Positions 24,544 through 37,752 of a stretch of 64,000 bases of DNA are shown one piece after another. The notes below the pieces were generated by a model. That model was not told where the DNA came from and ran no database searches. It saw only the letters and a list, made by a program, of their open reading frames with translations. The translations under genes were made by a program, and so were the position numbers. Source of the DNA: Octopus sinensis. Taxonomy: Eukaryota. Position 1 is the stretch's first letter; each line of letters begins with the position of its first letter. Where the stretch lies: contig NC_043017.1 in assembly GCF_006345805.1 (NCBI RefSeq), positions 15,562,001 through 15,626,000 of the forward strand, written 5' to 3'.

Positions 24544-26011
24544 TGATTAGTAAATATTGGAAAGTACACAGAGGACATATATTAAGCTGTTGCCTAGAAA
24601 TATATACCAAGTCACATCATAGCCCTATACATATATATATATATATATATATGTATGTATTATTTTATTGAAGCTGAAAAAATCTTCAGAAAATGTGTTG
24701 TTAGTGGTGAGTTTCATGTCAGCACTTAACTATCTGATGAGTGGTGTGAAACTTGCAACAACATCCAGTTTGTGAAGATTTTTTTCAGTCTTAATAAAAT
24801 AGTACTTTACTCTACCTTTGGTATTCCAGTACTATTTTTTTTTCTTTCCATTTTATTTTGCACCAATGTGCTTACTTGTGTGAGAGAGAAAATGAAAGAG
24901 AAAGATTTGGACCAAATACCATCACAGTCATGTCTACAGAAGAGTAGTATCAGCTGTAATCTGTGGACTCTGGGTAAGGAATTGTGGGTAGGGTAGGAGG
25001 AGGAGGACATGACTGTAAGGAGTGAGACAGGAAGTGAGGTAAGAGGTGAAGTAGGAAGAGGTGGTAGGGCTGAATGTGGCTGTGTGTGTATGTAAAGGTA
25101 GGTGGGGGGGAAGCAGTCAAGTGTGGGTAGAGGGTGGTGGGGAAAGGTCAGAGTGAGGTGTAGGTCAGTCAAAGTGCATACAGAAGGGTGGACAGGTAGT
25201 TGAGGTATGGATAAAAGGACTAGAAAAGGAGATGGTGGGGGGTAGGAAACCACCAATGTCCTCCATTATACATATTTATGATGTGACATGGTTGTGGTTT
25301 TTGTTGTCAATGGAAACAAAGCAGAGATATGAAAGGTCACTGATGAGGTCAAAGTTTAAACTGGAGTGAGGGAGGAGGAGCTTTTGAACATTTGCTTCTT
25401 TGTTTTGGGTGTTCAATCCCACTGATATCAGATGGACAAGCCTTAAATAAGGACCCCAGCTAACTTCCCCCACCTGCACACACTTCAGGGACCAGTAACT
25501 GTTGATTCAACAACTGAATTTTTATACCAACCCACCAAAGACTGCCCTCAGGTCTACTGTATAAACTGCTTTCAATTTATCGAAATTAAAACTGCCCATT
25601 AAAATTCCAACTCAATTTATGTCCCAAACATCAGCTTAATATCAACAAAGTTATTTTACAATAAACTTCATTATTTTTTAAATTGATTGAAAGAAAAACA
25701 GTTATTCATGACCTGGGTGTTGACTGGGCAGCCCAGGGCTACAGTATAATATACTTGCTCAAGGTGCCACACAGTTGGACTTTAACCCAAAACTGTGTGT
25801 GTGTGGGTAGCAAAATTCTGCACCTATTACAAAATCTAAATGAATAACATGTTTAGATTTTGGTCACACATCTTAAGTTGCTCCATTCTGTAGACACAAT
25901 CAATCATTCCAAACTCTGAAACAATTCCATTTCTACGTATTTTGCATAAAGGATTAACAACTTGGGTCTTTGTAAATTTGAAAGAAAATAGAATAGCAAA
26001 AAGGAACTTAC

Positions 26012-28210
26012 CGTAATATCTATAACTCTGTCTGCTTCTTTGAGTAGATAAGGCGCTGATTGATGTGCGGCTGTGGTGTTGTGAAATTCTTTAGCAGCCA
26101 GTTGTTTCGCCTGGCTTTCTCGAAGAAGTTCTGCAACAGTCTTGCCAGTATGGCCACTTTTTGTCGAAGATCTTCTGTGCTGAGACGGCACCCTACTTCG
26201 CCGCAAATGTGGCATGATTGGGCCAGAATTCTCTTCTTTAGTGGTGGCCACTGTGTGACTCTTTTTAGTCAACAGTTCCAAAATAGTGGATGAATTTTTT
26301 ATTACAGCACTTGCATTGTTAATTGTCTTTTTGGTATCACACTCGACTGGCTCTAAAGAAGGGGTTTTCTCTGGCAAATCCTCACCATCTCGCGAGACAA
26401 CATCATCATCATCATCTTCATCATCGTCATCATCATCGTCCATGTCGTCCTGACCAGAATTTTCATTGTTACGTTTAAATATTTTTTTCCGTTTTTTGTT
26501 AGGGAGATCGTATGTACCCCACCGTCTTTTCCGAGGACGGATACTCTTAGATCGACTGTTTTCCGAGTCAGACAGGGAAAGGGGTTCGTCTTTATCAGGG
26601 AAATCAAATTTCGAGGAATTCACTTTGTTGATCTTTAAGGGGCTTGTGGGGGGAGATTTTGGTGAGGAATTGTAAGAATTTTCAATCACAGGTAACTTAA
26701 TTCTGATATTGGCAATTGGGGCAAGGTTGACGGTCTTTACATAATGGTTTGATTGGTTAGCTGGGGTACCTGATTTCCGGGCTTTTGGGGTCGGCTTGCT
26801 CACCTGATCTACTGGAGCCGGCAGTAATCCTGAGGAAGGGAGCTGAAAAGCAGGAGTCAAAGATGGTGGCGTTGTAGGAGGGGAGGAACGAGTGTCAGAG
26901 GTGGAGACATCAGGTATGTGTAACGGACTGTTGGAAGATGAAACGGCAACAGAGACAACAGGAGGGGGAGGAGTAGATAGAGGTTGTTTCTCAGTGAGAC
27001 TAGTATCGTGCTTCTGTAGATTGGTGGGGCAGTTAGCAAGGGCACTAAAAAGAGGGGAGGTTCTTGAAGTCTTTTGACTGACCTCGGTTTCGGTAACAAG
27101 CGTCTCCTCACGTTTCCCTTCTGATGCAACAACGTCCAAGGTTTGTGTTGGTTGGGGAACGAGAAGGAGAGGGAGGGCCGGTGGTGGTGGGGTAGGCTGC
27201 TGTTGCAATGATAATGGTTTGGATGATAATGAAGAGGCTAGTAATGGAGAAGATACAAACAGACTTTCTAGTTCGTTCTTCCTCACACTTTCTTTATCAT
27301 TACTCGCTCCATCCTTCAGACCAGTCGTAATACTTTTCCTGCTGGTGTTACTACCATTATTATTATTATTGTTTTTAATTTTAGTTCTACATTTGCTGCT
27401 GTTGTTAATGCTGCGGTTGCTGTTGATGCTTTTAGTTTTGTTGCTGACACTGTTGTTGTTGTTGGTGGTGGTGGTGGTCATGGTGTCATTCTGTTTCTGT
27501 AATGTCTTATCCGTTGCCTTTGTGGCAATAAGGAGAGAATTATTATCATTATTATTATTATTATTATCATTATTATTATTATTACTACTACTACTGGTGG
27601 TGGTGGTGGTGGTGGTGCTGCCCTCTACTCCAGCATCAGAAACACAAACAACAACAGCACTGTTGTCTCCTAAGTCTTTCTCAGGTTGTGTCAAGGCATT
27701 GGAAAGAGCAGCCGGACATTCAGGGTCTCCTACTGGTGAGCTATCATCATCATCATCATCACCACCACCACCACCATCACCATCGTTTTTATCATCACCA
27801 CCACCACCACTACTGCTGCTGCTGCTGCTGGGACTTGGGTCTTTGTGTCAGTTACTTTAGTAAGGAAACTCGTGATGAATGTCTGTGAGGGTAGCACCAC
27901 AGGTGCAGGGCTCGGGGAAGCGGGTTTTGGGGAAGAGGGTTTCATGTTCTCTTGGCTGCTCTTAAGAACGGTAAACAAAGGCTCTGGAGGAGAAGACGGC
28001 GGAGGACTTGCTGTCGCAGCAGGCATTTTCATATTCTCGACAGATGTCAAAATAGGGGGCGGCGTACACGACAGCAAGGGGGGCTGGTCACTGCCCTCGC
28101 CAACACCTTCCACCGCCTTCTTGTCAGCATTGTTATCATAAAGGCCTATATCACTGATTTGGGGACAACTGTTGCCACCAGTATCACTACTACTACTACT
28201 ACTGCTACTA

Positions 28211-28243
<33 letters not shown>

Positions 28244-30123
28244 TTGCTGTTGTTACCTGCATTATTGCTGCAGCTGGTCACATCATCACTGTTGTCGCAT
28301 GTATCTCCAGTGAAAGTTATTGGAGAGAACATAGCATCTCTAACAACCTCTGTAACGACATCCCCTGAGTAAACTGCAGCAATGGTCGCGATTGGAGGGT
28401 CTATGACTTGGTTGTTGCAGTCGCTGTCAGTGTTGTTGTTGTTGTTATCGTCATCGTTGTTGCAGGTGTTGCTATCAATGCTGATGAGGTTACTGCTATC
28501 TTTGTCGATGGTGGTGGTGGTGGTGGTGATGGGGCAGCTAGCAGTGGTGGTGGTGGTGGTGGTGATGGGGCAGCTACTACCTGTGTTGATGGCGGTGGTA
28601 TTGGTGCAGTTGAAGCTGAGGTTGATGTAGCTTGGGCTGTTGCTGCTGCTGCTGCTGCTGCTTTTAAAGACTGGTTCAGTAGAAAGAGCACTGGAGAAAG
28701 TGACAGCTGTCATAGTAGTAATGGGGGTAGAGGTGATGGTGGGGGTGGTGGCGATGGTGGTGGTGGAAGTGATGATGGGAGTGGTGGTGGCAGTGGTGGT
28801 AATGGTGGTTGTGGCAGTGGTGGTAGTAGTAGTAGTAGTAGTAAGGGCCACGGCACTGAGAGGAGAGAAAGATTCTGCGACAACCATTCCAATTTCACTG
28901 TTGCTTTGTTTCTCAGAACTGGTCATTTCACTATCACTACTCTCCACAGGAGAACTGGTCAGTCCAACTGTGCTGTCCTCTACATCAGCATTACCCATTC
29001 CAATATCGCTCCTCTCTATATGAGAACTGGCCAATCCAATATCGTTCCTCTCCATATCAGAACTGGCCTCTTCAACTGTGCTCCTCTCAGAATCACAATT
29101 GGCCATTCCTAGACTGCTGCTCTCTATATTAGAATTAACCATTCCAATATTGCTTTCCAGATGAGAATTAGCCAAGCCAATAATGGAACTACTCTCTGTC
29201 TCAGAATTGACCATTCCAATATTGCTACTGTCCATATGAGAACTCCCCATTCCAATGTCGTTCCTCTCCATATGAGTATTAGCCATTCCAATATTGCTGC
29301 TGTCCATGAGAGAATTAGCCATGCCAATGTTGCTTCTCTCCATGTGAGGATTGACCATTCCAAAGTTGCTGCTTTCCATATGAGGATTGGTCATTCTGTA
29401 TGCACTGTTCTCCATATGAGGACTGACCATTCCATAGTTCCTATTCTCCATATGAGAATTAACCATTCCAAAGTTGTTCTCTCTATGAGAATTGACCATT
29501 CCATAATTACTATTCTCCATATGAGAATTCACCATTCCATAATTACTGTTTTCCATATGAGAACTAACCATTCCAAAGTTCCTGTTCTCCATGTGCGAAT
29601 TCACCATTCCATAATTGTTGTTCTCCATATGTGAGCTAACCATTCCAAAATTACTGTTCTCCCTATGAGAATTGGCCAATCCAAAATTACTGTTTTCCCT
29701 GTGAGAATTGACCATTCCAAAGTTCCTGCTCTCCATATGAGAATTAACCATACCAAGGGTGCTGTTTTCCATATAATTTGCCATTCCAATGTTGCTGCTA
29801 TCCCAATGAGAATTTGCCATTCTAATGTTGCTATTGTCTCGATGATAATTGGTCATTCCAGTGTTGTCTCTGTGATAATTGGGGAAATACATATTGTCGA
29901 CAACCTGCAGTCTGTTGATAGGATCATTGTTTGGCGGCGCCACCGAGCACAAGTTGGTTGGAAACGAAAGTTGGTTTCTATCAAAGTCTGCTAAACCATT
30001 GTCCCCATTCACTGACTTCATCATTCCTTCCGAGTAGACAGTTTTGATGTCTTTGACAATGCTGTCCGTCTGTAAGAGGTCTGTGGCTATCTCATCCGTC
30101 TTCACAGCGCCCACATCTCCAAA
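26012..30123 (-). CDS. EHMT1: EHMT giant N-terminal exon (~1370 aa of low-complexity/disordered sequence), with an apparent 1-bp frameshift near 27831
   Basis: gtttcag acceptor at 30124-30126 and G|gtaagt donor at 26011. Two long ORFs (27730-30441 and 25904-27694) join if one C is added. Contains RKRRWGTYDLPNKKRKK, resembling GLP KKRRMGTYSLVPKKK as recalled. The first in-frame ATG inside the exon is at 30024. Confidence 0.85.
28885..29860 (-). repeat. Coding tandem repeat, ~36 nt / 12 aa (GMVNSHMENSNY), about 27 units
   Basis: Visible in the translation and in the DNA (ccattcc...ctccatatgagaatt). Unit length changes are multiples of 3. Confidence 0.92.
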
Positions 30124-31321
30124 CTGAAACACAAAAATAAAAAAATAAGAAAAAAAGTAAATATATAATAAAACAAAAATATATAACAAACAAATATAAA
30201 TACATAAATGAAATAAATAAAAATGTATAATAAACAAATAAAAACAAACATAAATATGATGCTTGCTTCCCAACCACATGGTTCCTGATTCAGTCCAACT
30301 GCTTGGCACCTTGGGCAAGTGTCTTCTACTGTAGCCACAGGCCTTGTGAGTGGCTTTAGTAGACGGAAACTGGAACAAGCCCATCATATATATATATATA
30401 CACATATATATATATATACACACGTGTTTATGTATTTGCATGCCTGTGCTTGTCTCGTTCCCTCATCATCGCTTGACAACCGATGTTGGTGTGTTTATGT
30501 CTCCACAGCTTAGCAGTTTGGCAAAAGCGACCGATAGATTAAGTACTAGGCTTACAAAAACTTAAGTCCTGGGGTCAATTTGTTCGACTAAAGGCAGTGC
30601 TCCAGCATGGCCACAGTCAAATGACTGAAACCAGTATTCAACTGGTCCTTATTTTATAAACTCCAAAAAGGATGAAAGGCTGGAAGAAATACCAGCAGGC
30701 ATGTTGTCCAGCCCATCCAGCCCCCTAACCTGAACCCTTAATTGCATTTGATAATTTTATAACAACAGTAACTATTTCTTTAATTAACATCAGGCAACAG
30801 TGCTATGAGACAGAGAGGGAGAAACACACCCCTGCCATTCGGGTATGCTCTGAGGTAGTGATTGTACAGTCCAATCCAGTCCAGCCCAACCAACCAGAGA
30901 CAGAGATAAATATGGTGAAATTAATTATTATGGTGTATATTTTCATTAGTTCTGACTTCACATTTTCATACCCAGCCATTAAGCCACGCTATGGCTATAC
31001 TGATGATGTAGACACATCCCAACAATGGCACCACCTTTTTGAGCCCTTACACGGCCTAAAAGACAAAACATTTATCAATGAGTGCCAAATGTGAAATACT
31101 AGATTAAAAATTCGGTTTTCTTTCCAAACAGACTCCACAAATCTGTTAAATATAACCCAAGATATTAGTATGAAACTGTACTTCACATGTAGCCACTACA
31201 AATGTTCAATCTATGTACAATGCACGGCAACTCACAACATTAGCATGTATTGAGTACTTCAGCATTTTACAACAAAGTGTTCAATGCATCACTATTTTTG
31301 TCAGAGTCATTGTCAAGACAA

Positions 31322-31357
<36 letters not shown>

Positions 31358-31829
31358 TACAAGCTTCCATACATTTTCCACCATATTTCACTCCCAAGAC
31401 ATTGGTCAGTCCAAGGACACTTGTCTAAGATGCCTTGAGCCACAGGGTGGTGAAATGAACTTTCTAACCATACATTCATGGGAAATGGCAGAATCAGTGC
31501 CTGGTGATATTTGGTTATGTTCTAGCGACATCCCTTTATGCCAAGGTTAACTCGGATACCAAACAAAGTATGGGGTTTAATTTAATTGACCTAGAGAAAA
31601 ACCTTTCAAGGTAGTGCCCCAGCAAGGCCACAGTTCACTGACACCAGGAAAAGAGTTTACCTTTTTCCTATTTATGTAATCAAGACAAGCATAAACACAA
31701 ATGCATACATTCACAGACACACAGAGATAATGTCCAGATATTGTCCAAGATGATGCCGGATTTATTTTCACTGATAAAATGGAGTGAGATAAGACAAATA
31801 ATTAAACTTCCTTCGTTAACAAGATGTTT

Positions 31830-32250
31830 GAGTTGTTTAATTATCACTTTCCTCTTTGGCCAAGCCCTCATCAACTTTTACGAGTTTCCCTTGAAAGAGA
31901 AGTTGGGGGTGGAGAGGGAAGTGTTGCCTTGTAGCAAGTTTGATGAAAGGTGTGTGAATGTTGGAAGCATGGCCAGTGTGAAAGGACCAATTCCGAGCAT
32001 GCATCTGTAAAAAAAAAGGAAAAAGAGTCTTGCCCTGTTGTTCAGGCACCCATTGCTTTTGTGGGTTTTTCCACAAGGACCTTAAAGCACCTATTAGGAG
32101 TTTAATCTGTTCAATTTTAATTGTTATTTATATTGTGTACAGGTGAAAACCCATTGTATCGTCCTGATTTTGTCTTTAATGTTGTTATATGTCTTTTAAT
32201 GTTATTTTATGTGAGCCCTTGTGGCCAATAAAAGAAATCATAATTATTAT
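31830..32250 (+). mobile_element. 3' end of a LINE (L1/Tx1-like); related ends at 57895-58170 (+) and 46700-46975 (-)
   Basis: ORF end 'GQALINFYEF.LK.KLGVEREVL..SKFDER.VNVG..ASVKG', then a 3' UTR ending gcccttgtggccaataaaag and (att)n. Clade assignment is tentative. Confidence 0.55.
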
Positions 32251-32513
32251 TATTAAAAGCAGTGAGCTGGCAGAATCATTAGCATACTGGGTAAAATGCT
32301 TAGTGGTACTTCACCCATCACTACATTCTGAGTTCAAATTCCGCTGAGGTCGACTTTGCCTTTCATCCTTTCAGGGTCGATAAATTAAGTACCAGTTAAA
32401 CACTTGGGTCAATGTAATCAACTAACCCCCTCCCCCAAATTTCAGGCCTTGTGCCTATAATAGAAAGGATTATCATTATAATTATTATTATTATTATTAT
32501 TATTATTATCATT

Positions 32514-32878
32514 ATTACGTCCGCCTTCGTTAAAGTGGAGGTATTGTTTTCAGTCGTATTTGTTTGTCCGTGGACAAGATATCTCAAGAACCGCTGGATG
32601 AATTCAGATGAAACCTTCAGGGATGTTTGGCCTCATGACTGGCACAAACTGATTGGATTTTGGGATCAATCCAGTACCGGACAAGGATTCTGGATTATTT
32701 TTCCTGTTTTTTTCACTTAAATTTTGAGAGCGGTCAGGTTCATTTTTAGTATTCTCGTTTGTGAGAACAGTCAATTTTATTTCAGATATTCTCATTTTAA
32801 AAGTCCTCCCTGGCTAATCATTGAGAGGATGTTGGTGTTGCCTTGGCAGAGGTTTGTACTCTCTGAGTGCTCTTGTTA
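32514..32878 (+). mobile_element. Non-autonomous Helentron/DINE-1-like element
   Basis: 5' ttacgtccgcc...gtggaggt, a gtttgt microsatellite and a core 'aagatatctcaagaaccgctggatgaattcagatgaaac'. 3' sub-TIR ccttggcagaggt and small hairpin gtactctctgagtgc. Inserted in (att)n. Confidence 0.55.
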
Positions 32879-33463
32879 TTATTATTATTATTATTAAGAA
32901 GGCATGCTGACAGAATCATTAGAATGTTGAACAAAATGCTTTGCAGTGTTTGTTTGAGCTCTTTACATTCTGAGCTCAAATTTTGCTGAGGTCAATATTG
33001 CCTAACATTTCCATGGGGGTTGACAAAATAAAGTGACCAGGGTCTATGAAATTAACTCCTGCATTTGAAAAGTGCTGGCTTTGTGCCTAGTAGCTGCTGG
33101 TGGTGGTGGCAGTGTATATAGGTATAAACATGAGTGTGTGTGCATGAGTGCAAGTAATTTAAAAGTGTATTGCTAATACCAAGGAAGTGCGCCCAACTGG
33201 TTTGTGTAACAGCATCTGGCTTGCTGAAACATGGATATGGTATATATAGTAAAACACTTATAATCACAAATGTTATCAGTTATTGTTATCAAACTGTGAG
33301 TTCAAAATACATTTTTTTAAATAAAAATTATCCAGTTAATAGAATCAAAAGCTTTAGATACTATTATCTTCTGCTTAATGTTATCAGCTGATTATTGTAT
33401 CAAAATGCTTTTATATTCAAGTAATCACAACACTATGCTTGTGTGTGAGAGATACATATATAT

Positions 33464-33703
33464 CAGCGTTTCCCAACCAGGGTTCCACAAAAGGTTCCAT
33501 GGGGTTCTGCGAGAAAGAGTTGAGAAAAGCTAATGCTAACTTCATGATATATAAGTAAATATTTATAAACATATATTTACCACGTAAACTACGATGAAAA
33601 AATGACAAAGATATGTGATATAATCATTTTTTATGCAGGGGTTCCCTGAGACATGCAATTTATTTTAAGGGCTATGCAAGGGTAAAAAGGTTGAGAAACA
33701 CTG
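33464..33703. mobile_element. hAT-like MITE (240 bp)
   Basis: TIRs cagcgtttcccaacc / ggttgagaaacactg, with subterminal gggttcc repeats. Confidence 0.65.
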
Positions 33704-35908
33704 ATACACACACACACACACACATGCATATACATCTCATTTAACATACACAATTTACAAAAGGGTTACTAATGGTCTCATCCGTTACAGATGGCATGTC
33801 GTATAAATCTGCCAAGTTATTGTATCTGCAAAGCATGAAATTATTTGTAGATGTTTTTGAAATTGTGCAAATTAAACGATATCTTTTTCTCCCTGGATGA
33901 AGTTCTTATTATTTTGTTGATCCCACCTACAATGGAACTACACATATGTGTATATGCATGTGTGTGTATGTGTGCGTGTGTTAGTGACTATCTCCTTGCC
34001 ATAACATTGTGTGATAGTTGTGAGTGCCCTTCATTTCCAATCTTCCATGAAAACATGTCCGACCAATGGGAGATGTTAGCTTACTTGGAAACAGATCAGG
34101 GTTGGTGACAGGAAGGGTATCCAGCCAGGGAACAAATTCCATCCAACCCATGCAAACAAGGAAAAGAAAAGCAGATGTTAAAACAATGATGATGACGATG
34201 ATGATGATGATTCTATCTACCTATGTACTCTTATCTACCCCTTATCTACCCAGCTAACACACTAAAGTATAAAACAATACCTTTCTATTGATAAACAAAC
34301 AAAAGTCTTATTTCTGATGACATAGCAATTAAGACTGTGTCCTAATTAACAACTAAGCTAATCGGTGATGTGATGACATCATCAGGTGTCAGAGATAAAC
34401 ATATTTTCCTCACTGCATTGCTAATTAACTGACATGTGGACAAAAGAGGCAGAACTCGACTGGAAGTGAAATGAGTGTTTTTAAAGTAAAGTACTGTCAC
34501 TAGGGTTGGTTGTACGAGTACCAGTAATAAACTTAGGTTGAACATAACCACCATCTTCTCTTACTACTTTTACTACACCTATGAGGCAGCAGCTTATGGA
34601 ACAATGATGGACCAACTATATAAACTGCATGCTAAAAGTAGCAGCTAAATCTCACTCAAATAAGGATGAACGGAATGCCGCTAAGCATTTTGCCCGCTGT
34701 TCAAACAACTCTGCCAACTCACCAAATCTAATAATAACAATAATAATTATTGGCCACAAGGACTAATATAGACAAAACATAAAATGACATGCAACAACAT
34801 AAGACAACACAAGATGAGACAAAGGGTTTTCCACATAAATAATCCTTTTCACAATAGGCAGAAGGCCTCAAATTTGGTGGAAAGGGGTCTGGTCAATTAC
34901 ATCAAGCCCAGTGCTCAATTGGTATTTATTTCATCAACCCCAGAAGTATGAAATGCCAAGCTGACTTTGGAGGAATTTGAACTCAGATAGAAAAAGTGCC
35001 ATGAAAAACTTCATACAACTTGCCTAGAATTCTGCCATCGTTTATTGGCCACAAGGGCTAACAAAAATCAATTAAAACATAAAGGAGAAAACTCAATCCT
35101 TTCTACAAAAGGCACAAGACCTGAAATTTGTTGGGAGGCGACCAGTCGATTACACTGAGCCCCGAAAGGATGAAAGGCAAAGTTGACCTCAGTGGAATTT
35201 GAACCCAGAATGTAAGGACAGAAGAAATGCCACTAAGCACTTTGCCCTGTGCGCTAATGATCCTGTTATGCCAAATACTGTCCCTTGACGCCTTGGGTCA
35301 AGGTTTGGGAACCTAATACAGATTATAGCAAAGAATAATAATAATAATAATAATGCTTTCTACTATAGACACAAGGCCTGAAATTTGGAGGGAGAGGACT
35401 ATTTGATTACATCAACCCCAGTGTTTCACTGGTACTTAATTTATTGACCCCCAAAAGGAGGAGAGGCAAAATCAGCATCAACAGAATTTGAACTCAGAAT
35501 GTAGTGGCTATTATGCCAAGCAAAATATGCCAAGCAGCATTTCGTCCATCTTTATGTTCCAAATTCAAATTCCACTTTGATTGGTTTTTGTCTTTCATCT
35601 TTTGGGGGTTGATAAAATATAGTACCAGCTACATACTGAGGTTGACGAATAATCTGATGCCTTCTCCTCCAAATTACTGGCCTTGTGCCAAAATTATTAT
35701 CATTATTATTATTTCTATGTTAATTAGTCAAAAAGTTCCAAGACATTGAGAACAATATTAATTAGTATCATATTTTTATATAGCTTTAAGAGCACAATTT
35801 TCAGTCTAGATCCCTACCCACAAGCAACAAGCATACATAACGGGGGTTGAGGGATACACAGTCAAGCAGTGCACAGCCCTACATGATTCCTAGAAGTAGA
35901 TGGATGTG

Positions 35909-35945
<37 letters not shown>

Positions 35946-36202
35946 ATACATATATATACACAGCAGCAATATAACGAAGTCAGCACACTCAGGTTTACAC
36001 CCTCAATTGTTGCATCAATCAAAAAATTACAAAAGAAAACAATGAATTTACAATTCAACATAAATACATTAAAAAAACATATATATATGAAATGTCAAAA
36101 ACATATACATATATATATATACACACATACATACATAACCAACAAACACATATACATATATTATGTACGTTTTTATATACATATGCGGGTTGTGTTGATG
36201 TT

Positions 36203-36242
<40 letters not shown>

Positions 36243-37153
36243 AAACACAGTTACACTGACAAACACACACATACATATATATATTTCAAATACTTGAGGC
36301 TCACGCAAAAATATGAAGGACATACATAAGCGTGCACACACATACATGTGTATATATATATATATACATATACACACATATACATATACTGAATAACATG
36401 CATAACACACACACATTTCAAAAACGAAGCTCACACAAACACACTTTTCTCTTCACGCCCATTTTAATAACACCTCTTTCCACTCTCCCTCATAGACTCG
36501 CAACTGAATCCTTTACCAATTCTACTTGTACCCCCCCCCCCAACTCCCCCTCCCTCACTTCATTCTAATTAGAGTAAGAACTACATGCTAGAAACAGCAG
36601 CAAAAGATGTTGAAGGACAAACACACTGTTTTCCTTAAAAAAACAGGAAGATCAGGGTGGTCTCAGTTGAAGGCTGACCTCAGGTAAACTAAACAGAAAT
36701 TGCAGCAAAGGGCATGGTCAATAGTGCATTTGTAGAGGAGGCAAAAAAGACAGGATGGTCATGAGTGGAACACCTTTGATTACATGTTTGTTGGGATTGA
36801 CCTGAGGTTAAACACTGTGTTTACTTGAACATCCCTTCAGTACCAACCCCAACAAAGACAAAGATGGGGAAACCGATAACTAGTGTGTTTGTGTGTGTGT
36901 GTGTGTGTGTATGTGTTATGTATGTATGTTTTATTTTGGTTAAGTCAATCGTGTGCAACTCCAAGTTTCAGAGGGCCTTCAGGTAAGTTACAATTTTTAC
37001 CTGCCTAAAACCTTGTGCAGCCACAGATGAAGCTCAGTGTTGCAAGAAAGTAGCTTAAATAAGATTGAATATTAATCTGTAAGATGGTATCAAATACTCT
37101 TTTTTGCTAACAGCCAACACAAATATACTGATATATCAATATACATACATATA

Positions 37154-37187
<34 letters not shown>

Positions 37188-37351
37188 CACATGCACACAC
37201 ACATTCACTGCAAGCTGAAACTTTGACTAATCGTTATTCTAGATAAACTCAGAGTAATAATCAGTGATACTCTCAGCTGCCAATAAACAGAACATTACAT
37301 TTCACAGAGTACTTTGCTCCTTGTTCGCACAATAAACATACATACATGTAC

Positions 37352-37426
<75 letters not shown>

Positions 37427-37752
37427 CATTAATACCTATATATATATATATAGTGAGAGAGAGAGAGGACATGTTGATGCAAACAGAAAAATATAGAACT
37501 CAAAATATGAGTATTTTTTTTTTTTTTTTTTTTTTTGTACTTGTTTCAGTCATTTGACTGCGGCCATGCTGGAGCACCGCCTTTAGAGTACAGCAGGGAT
37601 CACCACCTCCTGCCGGAGCCTCGTGGAGCTTTTAGGTGTTTTTCGCTCAATAAACACACACAACGCCCGGTCTGGGAATCGAAACCGCGATCCTCCGACC
37701 GCAAGTCCGCTGCCCTAACCACTAGGCCATTGCGCCTCCAGTATATGTATAT

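Noticed and set aside
24985-25250. G-rich purine tract, possible G-quadruplex
   Set aside because: G-runs are irregular and such tracts are common in this kind of genome; no supporting evidence.
28885-29860. Homology of the Met-rich repeat to cephalopod reflectins
   Set aside because: Only loose compositional similarity; the reflectin M/FD(X)5MD(X)5MD motif is absent.
27219-29994. Several long plus-strand ORFs (poly-L, poly-V, poly-G)
   Set aside because: Antisense shadows of triplet repeats in the EHMT exon.
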